A stretch of 64,000 nucleotides of DNA, taken from NCBI GenBank assembly GCA_965205265.1, contig CBDBGH010000003.1, forward strand, positions 4,768,001-4,832,000. Reading direction: 5' to 3'. Position 1 is the first letter of the stretch; each line of letters starts with the position of its first letter. The notes under the pieces were generated by a model. That model was not told the origin of the DNA. It ran no database searches and was given only the letters and a program-made list of their open reading frames with translations. Made by a program: the position numbers and the translations under genes. The DNA is from Alphaproteobacteria bacterium (GTDB taxonomy: Bacteria > Pseudomonadota > Alphaproteobacteria > Bin95). This document shows, piece after piece, positions 19,746-29,345 of this stretch.

Positions 19746-19796
19746 TGCGGCGTGAGACAGGGAAAACCGGCGAAAGGCCGGAGAGAGAGGTCACGG

Positions 19797-20042
19797 ATGG
19801 CGGACGAGGGCGGTGTGACGGCGGAGGCGCTCAAGGCGTTTATCGAACGCGTGGAGCGCCTCGAGGAGGAGAAGGCGGGTCTGTCGGCGGATATTCGGGA
19901 GGTCTATGCGGAAGCGAAGGCGAACGGTTTCGACGTGAAAACCATGCGTCAGATCGTGCGGCTGCGGAAGATGGACAGCGCCGACCGGTCGGAGCAGGAG
20001 GCCCTGCTTGAACTCTATATGCGCGCGGTCGGTATGAAATGA
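19797..20042 (+). CDS. gapR: GapR/DUF2312 (UPF0335) nucleoid-associated protein
   Basis: [49 protein letters not shown] matches the family consensus. Confidence 0.92.
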   Translation: MADEGGVTAEALKAFIERVERLEEEKAGLSADIREVYAEAKANGFDVKTMRQIVRLRKMDSADRSEQEALLELYMRAVGMK

Positions 20043-20305
20043 GAGCGGCCGCGGCCCGGCTCGCCGGCAGGACCTTGAAAGGGCTGTCCGGGCGGCCCGT
20101 GGAGGCGCTGTCGACGGCCTGGCTGCTGACCCTGGTGGCCGGACATGTGGGCGAGGAAGGGACCCCGACCGGTCTGGGGCTGCGCTGGCTTCTTCTGGTT
20201 GTGGCCGGATTCCTGATCGGGACCGCGTGGGCGGGCTGGTTGCGGCAGCGGGCAGCCGAACGCGGAAGAGAGCGCCGGAAGGCGCTCCTGGGCGCCGCTG
20301 AGTAA
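20039..20305 (+). CDS. Small membrane protein
   Basis: ATGA overlap with gapR; two hydrophobic segments. Confidence 0.55.
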   Translation: MRAAAARLAGRTLKGLSGRPVEALSTAWLLTLVAGHVGEEGTPTGLGLRWLLLVVAGFLIGTAWAGWLRQRAAERGRERRKALLGAAE

Positions 20306-20353
20306 GTCCGGCAGCCGCATTCGTCGCTGCGGTTGCATGGGCGAGAGAGGATC

Positions 20354-20677
20354 ATGTCGTTGAGAGCGATATTGCAGGGTGCCGGGATACCGGTGGCGCT
20401 TGCGGGTGCGACGGTGATGGCTGCCGGGTCCGGTGGCGACACGCGGCAGATTGCCGGTATCGCCGTGTCCCTTCTTGCCCTTCTTGGCAGCGGCCTGATC
20501 TGGGCGGGTGCGGCGCTTGGCGGATGGTGGCGGCGTGCGCCGCCACGAGGGCCGGTACAGCGCGATGCGCCTGAGGGAAGAGGCCTAGCGGTTCGACAGG
20601 ACGGGGTCGAACGGAAGGTCCCGGTCACGCGAGATGAACAGGTCGAGCGCGTTGCGGATCAGCGCTGTCCTGGATGA
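20354..20677 (+). CDS. Small membrane protein
   Basis: GAGG RBS; two hydrophobic segments; 3' end overlaps the opposite-strand gene. Confidence 0.45.
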   Translation: MSLRAILQGAGIPVALAGATVMAAGSGGDTRQIAGIAVSLLALLGSGLIWAGAALGGWWRRAPPRGPVQRDAPEGRGLAVRQDGVERKVPVTRDEQVERVADQRCPG

Positions 20678-20977
20678 TCGCCCGCCCGTGTTTTCGTCAT
20701 TGGTAATGCGGCGGTCGAGCCGGTCGATCTGGTCGACAAAGAGGTCTATGCCTGTCGTTACGGAAGCCCGGCGTCCAGGCTGGTGAGGGGGCGTGTCCGG
20801 GTTGTTGAGAAAGTCGTCGATCGCCCGGCGGACAAGGGCCGCCCGGGAGTAGGGCATGCCCTGGTGTTCGAGCCGGTCGAGAATCCGGTCGATGGCCTGA
20901 AGCTGATCATCGTAGATCAGTAGTCCGCAACGCTTTTTTTCACGGGCTGCGCGTGCAGGCCGTCTGGAAGACGTCAT
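20585..20977 (-). CDS. Tandem ribbon-helix-helix (CopG-like) DNA-binding protein
   Basis: Two repeats: GLLIYDDQLQAIDR...SRAALVRRAIDDFL and GIDLFVDQIDRLDR...SRTALIRNALDLFI; divergent from dotD. Confidence 0.7.
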   Translation of the reverse strand: MTSSRRPARAAREKKRCGLLIYDDQLQAIDRILDRLEHQGMPYSRAALVRRAIDDFLNNPDTPPHQPGRRASVTTGIDLFVDQIDRLDRRITNDENTGGRSSRTALIRNALDLFISRDRDLPFDPVLSNR

Positions 20978-21069
20978 TCCGAGTTTCCCCATATCTTTGA
21001 TATGGCGGCGGCTGAAGTTTCAATGCAATGCATTATCATCCCCGGCGTGGCGGGGAAAGGAAAAACCCG

Positions 21070-21573
21070 ATGAAGCGAATTCGGCTGCTCCTGTGCTTGT
21101 CGTGCCTGGCGGCCCTGGGAGGCTGCGAGCTTCTCCGGGAAAAACCGGCAATGGAGCCGGCGCAGTCGGCGGAGGGGCTGGCGATCGATCGGGTGATCGC
21201 GTCCGCCATGGAGCGGGCGTCGGAGGCCAACAGCAAGGTCGCGGGCGCGGAGGCGGCGATCATCGCCCCGGAGCGGGCCGGCCCGGGGCAGGAAGTTCCG
21301 CCCGGCGTGAGAGTGCCTCCGGAAATCAGCCAGTCCGTCGATATAGACTGGCAGGGTCCTGTCGAGCCGATGCTGGCGGCACTTGCGGACCGGGCCGGGT
21401 ACGAGTTCCGCGTGGTCGGCGCGGCGCCGGCGACACCGGTGACCGTGAATATCGTTCGCGAACGCACGCCGCTGGTGGAGATCCTGCGCGAAACCGGCAT
21501 CACGATCCACGAACATGGCGACGTGGCGCTGTCTCTCGCCGCTCGCCGGATAGAACTGCGGTACGGTCCGTGA
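21070..21573 (+). CDS. dotD: DotD/TraH lipoprotein
   Basis: Lipobox LGGC; IDWQGPVEPMLAALADRAGYEF; C-terminal RRIELRY. Confidence 0.85.
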   Translation: MKRIRLLLCLSCLAALGGCELLREKPAMEPAQSAEGLAIDRVIASAMERASEANSKVAGAEAAIIAPERAGPGQEVPPGVRVPPEISQSVDIDWQGPVEPMLAALADRAGYEFRVVGAAPATPVTVNIVRERTPLVEILRETGITIHEHGDVALSLAARRIELRYGP

Positions 21574-21602
21574 GGGCCGGACCCGGAAGGAGGTACCCGC
21601 TG

Positions 21603-22538
21603 ATGAATGTCAGCCAGATGCGATGCGTGCGGGTCGGCGTTGCCGTCATGGCCGCGGGTTTTCTTCTGACGGCGTGCGAGACGTCGCGGAAGACGCACTA
21701 TATCGAGCCGAAGATGTCGCCGACGTTGATCGGCGGGCCGGACGTGCTGGTCCGCGATGCGCCGCCGCTGCGGCTCGACCAGGTCGAGATCGGTCTCGAA
21801 ATGGAGGTGCCGGAGCCGATCCCGGCCCTGCGGCGCCAGCAGATGACGGAAGCGGCGCAGGCCTACGGCGCCCAGCGCGGTTACGACCGCAAGGCGTGGG
21901 AAATCGAGAATGCGCTCGAGAGGCGGGCGTCCGGGCTGTCGCAGGTCTTCGATTTCGGGCGCGTGGTCAGCGCGGGTCCGCAGCGGGTCGGCTATGTGAT
22001 CCCTCCGGTGGTGCAGCGCAGTTTCGAGGCGTTCCAGGGCGACGGCATGGAAGCGAGCGCGGCCGACGAGTATCTCGTCGTGCGTGAGCCCGGCAGGATC
22101 CGGGCCGTCGTGCCCAGCTGGCGCGACTGGCTGCTGATGGACCGCCCGGAGCCGAGGCTGCCGCCGAGAAGCCTGCTTCCGAAGACGAAGGAGGAGGAGG
22201 CCCTGTTCCGGCGCGAGTTCCGGGCCGGCTGGAACGCCGGCGAGGAACAGGCCGTGGCCGAGTTGACGGAACGCTTCGCGCGCCTGGGCCGCGACTATGA
22301 GGGCATGCTGCAATACCGGCGCCTGGTTGCGCTCGGCATGATGGACAGCATGGTGATGGACCAGGCCGACTGGGGAGTGACGGTCAACAAGGAGACGGAG
22401 ACGATGCGCATCGGGGCGCGGACGGTGAAGATCGTCGAGGCCGCGGCGTTCCAGGGAGACATCAGGCGCTGGCGGCCGGTTCCGGTCTGGAACGGTCCGC
22501 CGCAGTCCTCGCGCCGCCTGTCTCATCGCGGGAGCTGA
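21603..22538 (+). CDS. dotC: DotC/TraI lipoprotein
   Basis: Lipobox LTAC; EAAQAYGAQRG, FDFG, VIPPVV, PSWRDWL, RLGRDYEGMLQY. Confidence 0.88.
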   Translation: MNVSQMRCVRVGVAVMAAGFLLTACETSRKTHYIEPKMSPTLIGGPDVLVRDAPPLRLDQVEIGLEMEVPEPIPALRRQQMTEAAQAYGAQRGYDRKAWEIENALERRASGLSQVFDFGRVVSAGPQRVGYVIPPVVQRSFEAFQGDGMEASAADEYLVVREPGRIRAVVPSWRDWLLMDRPEPRLPPRSLLPKTKEEEALFRREFRAGWNAGEEQAVAELTERFARLGRDYEGMLQYRRLVALGMMDSMVMDQADWGVTVNKETETMRIGARTVKIVEAAAFQGDIRRWRPVPVWNGPPQSSRRLSHRGS

Positions 22539-22554
22539 CGCAGAGCCTGTCGCC

Positions 22555-23907
22555 ATGTGGGGCAAATTGTTTGAGGAACGGGGTGAGGCCGTGGTCTCAG
22601 ATGTCGATGAGGGACGGCTCTCGCCTGCGTCCGGCGTCCGTCATGGAGCCGAAGGCCTGCGGAGCATGGAACGGTTCCGCAAGGTGGAACCGGGCGTCGA
22701 GGAGGCCCGGAGGATCGAGGTGAACCGCACCCTGCCGTTTCAGGAGGTGTTCGACGAGGAGCCGACGCGCCTGAATTCGGCCGACCTGCGAACCCTGCTG
22801 CTGTCCTGCGTGTTCTCCGGGGCTTCGGACATCACGGTGCAGACGGACAGGCATGTCCGGGCGGAGATCCACGGCCATCTCTATCTGATGACCAGAAGGC
22901 CGCTGGGAGATGCCGAGGTCCGCGACATCCTTGTGGAATCCTATGGAGGTCCGGCCGCCGGGTCGGTTGCCGATCCCGAGCTGAAAAGCATGAAGGTGCT
23001 GGACTACAGTTACGAGATCAGGCTTCTCGACGGGCGCCGCCAGCGGTTCCGGTGCAATGCCACCGGTGTCCATGCGTCAGGCGATTTCGGCATCGAAATC
23101 ACGTTCCGGGCCCTTCCGTGGGAGACCCCGGATATCTCGACGGTAGGGCTGGGCCAGGACATGCTGGCGGCGATGATGCCGCGCGATGGCCTTGTCGTGG
23201 TCGCGGGTGCGACCGGGCACGGCAAATCCACGACGCTGGCCGCCGTGATCCGGGAGCTGCTGCAGGACAGCGAGCGCCCGAAAAAGATCGTGGATATCCA
23301 GGCGCCGATCGAGTTCACGTTCGAGGATATCTGGCACTCTCCCTCGGAGAGTCGGCACTGTTTGTCGACGATCGGCCAGTCCGAGGTCGGGCGGCATATC
23401 AGGACCTTTGCGGAGGGCGTGCGCTCGGCGCTGCGCCGGAAGCCGCACGTCATCTGCGTGGGCGAGGCCCGCGACTACGAGACGATTTCGGCGAGTCTGG
23501 AGGCGGCGATAACGGGGCACCTCGTCTATACGACCACGCATGCGGGTTCGGTGTCCGACGTCATGCGCCGACTTCTCGCGGTGTTCCCGTCGGCCGAGCG
23601 CGAGGCCCGGGCCTACGACCTGATTTCGGCCGTGCGGATGATGATGGTGCAGGTCCTGGCGCCGAGGCGTGCCCAGGCCGGCGGCGGGCGCATCCCGGTC
23701 CGTGAGTTCCTCGTGGTCACGGAAACGTTGCGCGAGGAGATGCTGTCGCAGGCTCCGCAGCAGTGGCCGGCAATCCTGGTGAGCGAAATGAACAAGCCGG
23801 GCGACGTGACAAGGGAAAGCCTGACCGATCATGCCGGGCGCCTGTTCGAGGCAGGCCAGATCACCGCGGATGACAGACGACGCCTGACGAGAGGAGCGTT
23901 CGGGTAG
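22555..23907 (+). CDS. dotB: DotB/TraJ secretion ATPase
   Basis: ASDITVQT, RFRCNAT, GATGHGKSTT, PIEF, LRRKP..I.VGEARD, TGHLVYTTTH. Confidence 0.9.
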   Translation: MWGKLFEERGEAVVSDVDEGRLSPASGVRHGAEGLRSMERFRKVEPGVEEARRIEVNRTLPFQEVFDEEPTRLNSADLRTLLLSCVFSGASDITVQTDRHVRAEIHGHLYLMTRRPLGDAEVRDILVESYGGPAAGSVADPELKSMKVLDYSYEIRLLDGRRQRFRCNATGVHASGDFGIEITFRALPWETPDISTVGLGQDMLAAMMPRDGLVVVAGATGHGKSTTLAAVIRELLQDSERPKKIVDIQAPIEFTFEDIWHSPSESRHCLSTIGQSEVGRHIRTFAEGVRSALRRKPHVICVGEARDYETISASLEAAITGHLVYTTTHAGSVSDVMRRLLAVFPSAEREARAYDLISAVRMMMVQVLAPRRAQAGGGRIPVREFLVVTETLREEMLSQAPQQWPAILVSEMNKPGDVTRESLTDHAGRLFEAGQITADDRRRLTRGAFG

Positions 23908-24330
23908 ATGTGGCGTTTCGACGATGCGGCGTTTTTCCGGGACACGCAGATTCCGGCGCGATTCCTGCTGTTCGACAGCAAGCTCACGGCGGTTGTGTTT
24001 CTGGTGCTCGTGCATTTCCGTATCTGGACGATCGCAACGATGGTCATCGTTCTTGCGGTGTTCACATGGGTGGAATGGCGCGGCATGCGCGTCGACAACG
24101 CCGTGAGACGGGTCCGGTCGCTGTTTGCCGGACGGTTGCGGCATGCGCGCGGTCCGGCGATGCGCCGGCGGGTGTCGGACATAACGTGGCAGGCGAGCCT
24201 GCCGCTGTCGGCGTTCGGCCTGGCCGAAGCTGCCGTGGAAGGTGCGGGGAACGGGGAAGCGCAGGCCGTCGCCCGCCGGCGCTGGCGGTGGAGGCCATGG
24301 CGGCGACCGAAAGGGGAAGCGGCGGCATGA
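23908..24330 (+). CDS. icmT: IcmT/TraK family protein
   Basis: FRDTQIPARFLLFD...VLVHFRIWT motif; follows dotB as in Dot/IncI loci. Confidence 0.8.
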   Translation: MWRFDDAAFFRDTQIPARFLLFDSKLTAVVFLVLVHFRIWTIATMVIVLAVFTWVEWRGMRVDNAVRRVRSLFAGRLRHARGPAMRRRVSDITWQASLPLSAFGLAEAAVEGAGNGEAQAVARRRWRWRPWRRPKGEAAA

Positions 24331-25061
24331 AAAGCCTGCGGGAAACGTTTATGGAGCATGCGCCGCGGCTGGCCGAGCGAACGCCGGCGGACGGTGGCGA
24401 GGATGCAGGAGGGAGGGGCCCGGAGTGGGACAGTTACAGCGAGGTCCTGAGGGAAATGGCCGAGGAGGCGGATCCGGGCGACGGGGACTTCGCCACCTTC
24501 CCGCATTCGGCCGCCGAAGAGCCCGAGGGCGACGCCCGGCCCGGCCTTGCGGGGCTGGTAAGCCGCATGCCGGAAATGGAGGACCTCGACAGGGAGAACG
24601 AGCGCAACAGGGAATTCTATCTTCTGGAGCTTCCCGCCTCTGCCACGGGCGGGGCGCCTGACACGGTGGAGATACGGGTGGATATCGGCCAGACCGTCTT
24701 TGCGGTCTTCGGGACCGACGGGGTGTGCGAGCAGCGGTTTGCGGTGGACAGCGGATGGGCTGTCTGCTGCCGGTATCCGATAAGCAGCGACGGCCGGATC
24801 ATCCGCCTGAAGCGGACCGGGGAGATCGAGGCGGCCGTTTGCGGGCGGCTCGCGGCATATGGGGATCCCGTCGATACAGGCGACCTGACAGCGTTCCTGG
24901 ACGGGCACATTGCCCGTATCGTGTCGTTCGGGCTGGACAGGATGATCGTGTCGGCCCTGCGCTATCGCGATGTGGTGGTGCGTGGGCCGGAGTGGCTGCG
25001 TCCGGCCATGGAAGGCACGCGGGCGCTGTTGCCGCATTTGCGGATTGGCGAAGGTTTTTGA
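24327..25061 (+). CDS. Hypothetical protein
   Basis: ATGA overlap with icmT; open frame of 244 aa. Confidence 0.6.
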   Translation: MKSLRETFMEHAPRLAERTPADGGEDAGGRGPEWDSYSEVLREMAEEADPGDGDFATFPHSAAEEPEGDARPGLAGLVSRMPEMEDLDRENERNREFYLLELPASATGGAPDTVEIRVDIGQTVFAVFGTDGVCEQRFAVDSGWAVCCRYPISSDGRIIRLKRTGEIEAAVCGRLAAYGDPVDTGDLTAFLDGHIARIVSFGLDRMIVSALRYRDVVVRGPEWLRPAMEGTRALLPHLRIGEGF

Positions 25062-25068
25062 GGACGGC

Positions 25069-25356
25069 ATGCGCGCGGAACGCATATTCATCGCGGCCGC
25101 CGCCATTTCGGCGGTCTTCGCCGGAATGGCGGCGGCCGCGCCCTCGGCGCGGGCCGAGTTCTACTGGGAGGGTCTTCTGCCCTTCGTTCGGCACGACGTC
25201 GAGCTGACGGTGCGCGGCATGGAATGCGGGAGAAATTGTCCCCGACAGGGGCCGGGGAAGGAAGAAACGCGTCCCCCGCCCCTGCCGGGCGAAGGCGCGC
25301 TGGATTGGCTGATCGGTCCCGATGGCGGGGCGGCGCGAGACAAGAGGAGCAGGTAG
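25069..25356 (+). CDS. Secreted hypothetical protein
   Basis: Signal peptide (ARA-E); GAGG RBS. Confidence 0.5.
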   Translation: MRAERIFIAAAAISAVFAGMAAAAPSARAEFYWEGLLPFVRHDVELTVRGMECGRNCPRQGPGKEETRPPPLPGEGALDWLIGPDGGAARDKRSR

Positions 25357-25358
25357 CC

Positions 25359-25799
25359 ATGGCCGAAACCGCAAGGCGGAGTCAGGAACGCGGCGGCTTC
25401 TCCGAGCGCATGAGAGGGTGGCTGGGCGGGGCGGGGACGGACCCGGTGTCCGGAAACGACGGCCTGGACGAGATCGAGGAGATCCCGTTCGGCCCGCCGG
25501 GTTTCCTGTCGGAGGCGCAGGCCGGAGGCGACGAGTTGCCGCCGGAGGCTGCGGAGGCCCTGGAGCAGGCGATGCTGGGCGGACTGCGGGAACCGGACCG
25601 GGCGCCGTCTCCGCTGGAGAGGCAGACCGAGGCGGAGATGTTCAGCGATTCGGAACTGTTTATGGAAGCGTGCGAGAAATTCAGGATGGCGAGCGAGGCG
25701 TTCTACGATGCCGGGGAACTGTTGAGGAAGTTCGCCGAACGGCAGGCGGTGCCGAGCCCGGACGTTCGCGGTGCCGGGAAGGAGCCCCGGGCGGAATGA
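25359..25799 (+). CDS. Acidic hypothetical protein
   Basis: GGAG/AGGT upstream; lies in the same operon. Confidence 0.55.
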   Translation: MAETARRSQERGGFSERMRGWLGGAGTDPVSGNDGLDEIEEIPFGPPGFLSEAQAGGDELPPEAAEALEQAMLGGLREPDRAPSPLERQTEAEMFSDSELFMEACEKFRMASEAFYDAGELLRKFAERQAVPSPDVRGAGKEPRAE

Positions 25800-25993
25800 G
25801 GCGCCGCGCCGCAAGGCTGGAGAGGGGTGCCGGCGACGCGGCGCCCGGGCCGGATCCTGAATAATCCGGTGACTAATAGGTTCGTTATATCAATCACTTG
25901 CGGGTTTTTCACAATTTTCATGCCTCTGGAGATTGAGGCGCTTGCGGGATAGGCGGATTGTGCCCGGTGAATTGTTGCCCGGGAGATGGCGGA

Positions 25994-26428
25994 ATGTTGT
26001 TCGAGACGGGTCATCAGCCACAGGGAATGGAGATTGCGGCGCAGTCCCTGATGGAGCGGGAGGATGGATGGCCGTTGCCGAGGGTCGCGGTGACGAGCGA
26101 CCAGGTTGCGGAGGAGGACAGTCTGGTGTCGGCGCTGCTGGAGCATACGCTGGAGTTGACGGACGCGGATCTCGACGATCCGGCGGCCTGCCGTGAGGTC
26201 CTGCTTGCCTGTTATGCGCTCAGGGCGCAGTCAAGGTTGCGGTTCTTCCTGTCGCTCATCCGAGTGGACGCCGACCGTTACGCCGCCATCGTCGCTACCG
26301 TCGACGGGGTCATAAGGCTCGGGGCCGTCGCCCCGGTCGCCGAACTCATGCGCCTCATCCTGCTCCAGGACATCATGGAGCCGGGGCGGCGCAGACGGGT
26401 CGCCGGCCGGCTGCAGCGGGCGGCGTAG
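25994..26428 (+). CDS. Probable IcmW-like T4BSS adaptor
   Basis: About 144 aa; blocks LMEREDGW, RAQSRLRFFLSLIRVD and LMRLILLQDIMEPGR parallel the IcmW blocks FMESVENW, GRGLRLLQAIDTV and RLRLLSRVF (recalled from memory). Confidence 0.55.
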   Translation: MLFETGHQPQGMEIAAQSLMEREDGWPLPRVAVTSDQVAEEDSLVSALLEHTLELTDADLDDPAACREVLLACYALRAQSRLRFFLSLIRVDADRYAAIVATVDGVIRLGAVAPVAELMRLILLQDIMEPGRRRRVAGRLQRAA

Positions 26429-28402
26429 CTCTCCGGGCGCAGGCCTTATACCGGTCCAGTCGAACGTCGGTTCCGACCCGCCGGCCAGGGGAGGCCCGGG
26501 AAGAGGCACTTCCTCGGCCGGCTGGGCGTCCGGAGACCCGTCGGTTCCTGTCGGGGCAGGCGCTCCGGAATCGGAAGCCAGGGCTCCCGGGGCGGGGCCG
26601 CCGATGGCTTGCCCGGATGTCGGCGGACTGCCCCCGGGAGCCTGACGGGGCGGGGCCGCCGCAGGCGGCGGTTCCAGTTCCGCCGCGAGAAGATCGGCAA
26701 GCCGGCCCCGCAGGGCGTCGGGCAATTCCTCGAAGAGGCGCTCGAGCCGGGCTCGCATGGCCTCTTCCAGGGACTCCTGGCCGGATTCCGCGGGGGTCTC
26801 GATCAGCCGGGCTATCAGGCGGGCCGTGCGCGGGTTGCGGAAGCTGTCGGCAATGCGGCGGAAGGCCCGCTCGGCCTGGGGAGTGAGTTCCGGAAGGTCG
26901 AAAGGGGAGGGCTGGAAGACAATCCCGTCCTCGATGGCCCGGCTCGCATGCTGCGCATAGGTCGAGGGTCGGCCCAGCTCCTCGATGGCAAGGCCCTCGA
27001 CAAGGATCGTGTCGAGCGGCCATGGCCGGGCTCCGGTGGTCATCATGCGTCCCCAGCGCGGCTGGGGGCCCTCTTCGATTTCCCATTCGATATCCGCAAG
27101 CAGCGCGGAGTCTTCCGGGGACATCTGTCCGTCATCGGCGGGCGCCCAGGTTCCGGGGCTGACGCGGGCCTCCATGCAACCCTCGAGAAGCCGACGGGTG
27201 GCCATGACGGGGACGGACTCCCTGGCGGACACAGGGGTCGAAAAGTCAGGAGGGCGTTTCAGCACGGGGCCAGCGGAAGCCGGCGGAAAGGCGGGGAGGA
27301 TCGGCGGGTGGCTGTCCCGTGCGGGATGGCTGCGGCCCGGGAACCGGGCGGCCCGGGACAGGGTGTCATGGAGCTGGCGCTCCGGGTCGCCCTCGACGCC
27401 GGCCGTGTAGGCGAGCGCAAGCACGGACGGGATGAGGCTCTCGTCGATCAGACGGCCCTCCGTGCGGGGATAGGAGATATCGCCGGCCATGTAGGCGTCC
27501 TGCATCGCCTGCATGCAGTGCTGCACGGCGACGCCATGCTGGCGGCCCGCATGAACGAGGAGGTCGGCGGTGTGATAGGGCGGCGTCGTGCCGTAGCGCG
27601 GCGCGACGGCGGCGCCGGCAGCCCGGAGCGGCGAGACGGTCCCGGGCACGGGCCGACCCTCGAAACGGCGGACCAGGTCAAGCAGGCCTGTCGGCGGCGG
27701 ACCGTGCAGCACCAGGCGGGCGCGGGCCAGTCGTCCGGGACGGCCGGACTGGCGACAGGCCAGGAAGATCTCGCCGGTCTCCGGCAGGAGCGTCCCCGGC
27801 CCGGCCATGCGCCATTGCGCGACCATGCCGAGAAGCCCGGCGCGCACGCGCCCGCAGGCGATGCCGGTGCGCCGGGTCAACAGGGCGCCGATCCAGCGGT
27901 CGAGGGCCGCCCTGAAGCGCCCTTCCACGGCCCGGTGCTCAAGGCTGCCGGCGCCGCCGGCGATGGCGATGGGCCCTGCCTCCAGGCCGGCGGACAGTGC
28001 CCTTTCCCATGCGGTTCGTGTAATGGCCGCGGGAAAGACGCGGTGGAGGCGGCTGACGGCCTCGGGCGCGAGGCGCTGCACCGCGAGAGCGGCGTCGAGG
28101 GCAATGACGTCGCCCTCGGCGTCGTTGTCCGTGGCGAGCACGACGGTGGCGCGCGGATAGTCGCGCAGGGCGCTGTGCAGGCGTTTCTCGAAGCGTGCGG
28201 CATGAGCGAGAGGCCGGCGGCCGGGTTCGCGGAGACGGCCCGGTTCGGGCCGCAGGCCTATCGGGAAGACGCCGGGGAACCCGGCCAGATGGCCCTGCGT
28301 GGGTATCGTGCGGGCGATGTGCCCGAGATCCTCGTTGAGGATTCGGTCGATGGCCCCGGTCTTGCCGGGGGCTTCGACGATGACGAGAAGCGCACTGTTC
28401 AT
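26231..28402 (-). CDS. topA: Type IA DNA topoisomerase (divergent)
   Basis: TOPRIM VIVEAPGK and ATDNDAEGDVIA; CGRV; catalytic ISYPRTE; LGRPSTYA; long Pro-rich tail. Confidence 0.85.
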   Translation of the reverse strand: MNSALLVIVEAPGKTGAIDRILNEDLGHIARTIPTQGHLAGFPGVFPIGLRPEPGRLREPGRRPLAHAARFEKRLHSALRDYPRATVVLATDNDAEGDVIALDAALAVQRLAPEAVSRLHRVFPAAITRTAWERALSAGLEAGPIAIAGGAGSLEHRAVEGRFRAALDRWIGALLTRRTGIACGRVRAGLLGMVAQWRMAGPGTLLPETGEIFLACRQSGRPGRLARARLVLHGPPPTGLLDLVRRFEGRPVPGTVSPLRAAGAAVAPRYGTTPPYHTADLLVHAGRQHGVAVQHCMQAMQDAYMAGDISYPRTEGRLIDESLIPSVLALAYTAGVEGDPERQLHDTLSRAARFPGRSHPARDSHPPILPAFPPASAGPVLKRPPDFSTPVSARESVPVMATRRLLEGCMEARVSPGTWAPADDGQMSPEDSALLADIEWEIEEGPQPRWGRMMTTGARPWPLDTILVEGLAIEELGRPSTYAQHASRAIEDGIVFQPSPFDLPELTPQAERAFRRIADSFRNPRTARLIARLIETPAESGQESLEEAMRARLERLFEELPDALRGRLADLLAAELEPPPAAAPPRQAPGGSPPTSGQAIGGPAPGALASDSGAPAPTGTDGSPDAQPAEEVPLPGPPLAGGSEPTFDWTGIRPAPGELRRPLQPAGDPSAPPRLHDVLEQDEAHEFGDRGDGPEPYDPVDGSDDGGVTVGVHSDERQEEPQP

Positions 28403-28514
28403 GCGAACCGTATATAGGAGAATGTCGCCTGCGGGCGAGAGCCGGTTCGGGTTTTCATGCGAACGCCCTAGACTGGCGGCGCGCGGTCGTGAGGATCCGG
28501 AAGGGAGCGGTGCG

Positions 28515-29330
28515 ATGGGCCGGGAGATCGAGATCGACGGATACAGGGCTGCGGTGGAACGCGACCCGGAGTGCTCGGCGCCCTGGAAGAGGGGATGGCA
28601 ATTCCCGCCGGTTCTCCTGTTCAGGGGGTCGATGCCGCCCGGGAAATTCCCGGAGGGCCCGGCGACCCGCCGGTTCCCGGGCGGCAGCGACCCGTGGAGC
28701 CAGTTCGGCGAGCATGGTGACCGGGACCTGGAGGGCCCTCTCGGCGTGATCGACGAAGCGCGGCTCGAGGACCCTGTACTGGCGAACGCCGTGCTTGAGG
28801 CTGCCGGTGTTTACGACGAGGACTTCGAGGATTTTCTCGAGGCCGAGGGGTTCTGTCTCGACCGGGGCCGCAGCTACCCCGATGCGATCACGGGGGTTGT
28901 CGCGGAGACTCTGGCGGATTTCCGGCCGGGGGTCTGGTCCCTGGGCGTGGGCGAGTATCTGGACCGCCTGGCGGCGATCTACGACGCAGTCGGCGTCCCG
29001 AACGCCCGGTTCCCGCTCGAAACGGGTGCGGGGCGCAGCGAGGCGCTGATGGTGCTTACGGAGAACTGGCTCTCGCAGAATGCGGGAGCGAAGCCGAATA
29101 TCGAACGCCTCCTGCGCGTCGAGGCGAACTCGGCCCGCCGGGAGATCGAGCGGTATGTCAACGGCGAGGTCTTCCGGGCCTGGGTGGTCACGCCGGAAGG
29201 CGGCAAGTTCCTCTGCGCCGGGATCTATGGCGAGGAGGAGATCGAGGACAGGGTCCGCGATATGGTCGGGTATCTGAAGAACCAGGGCCGGGAGGCCGGG
29301 CCTTTGGCCGGTGCCGGCCTGGAGCCCTGA
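28515..29330 (+). CDS. Cargo paralog family A, member 1
   Basis: DPECSAPW...PPVLLF at the N-terminus; YVNGEVF...CAGIYGEEE at the C-terminus. Confidence 0.7.
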   Translation: MGREIEIDGYRAAVERDPECSAPWKRGWQFPPVLLFRGSMPPGKFPEGPATRRFPGGSDPWSQFGEHGDRDLEGPLGVIDEARLEDPVLANAVLEAAGVYDEDFEDFLEAEGFCLDRGRSYPDAITGVVAETLADFRPGVWSLGVGEYLDRLAAIYDAVGVPNARFPLETGAGRSEALMVLTENWLSQNAGAKPNIERLLRVEANSARREIERYVNGEVFRAWVVTPEGGKFLCAGIYGEEEIEDRVRDMVGYLKNQGREAGPLAGAGLEP

Positions 29331-29345
29331 GCGGGGAGTCGGGCG

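Noticed and set aside
15-26428. Legionella-type virulence secretion system aimed at eukaryotes
   Set aside because: The linked type IVb pilus, helicases and topoisomerase point to conjugation, and no eukaryotic-like effector domains were seen. It is not fully excluded, because the relaxase and coupling protein are not in this window.
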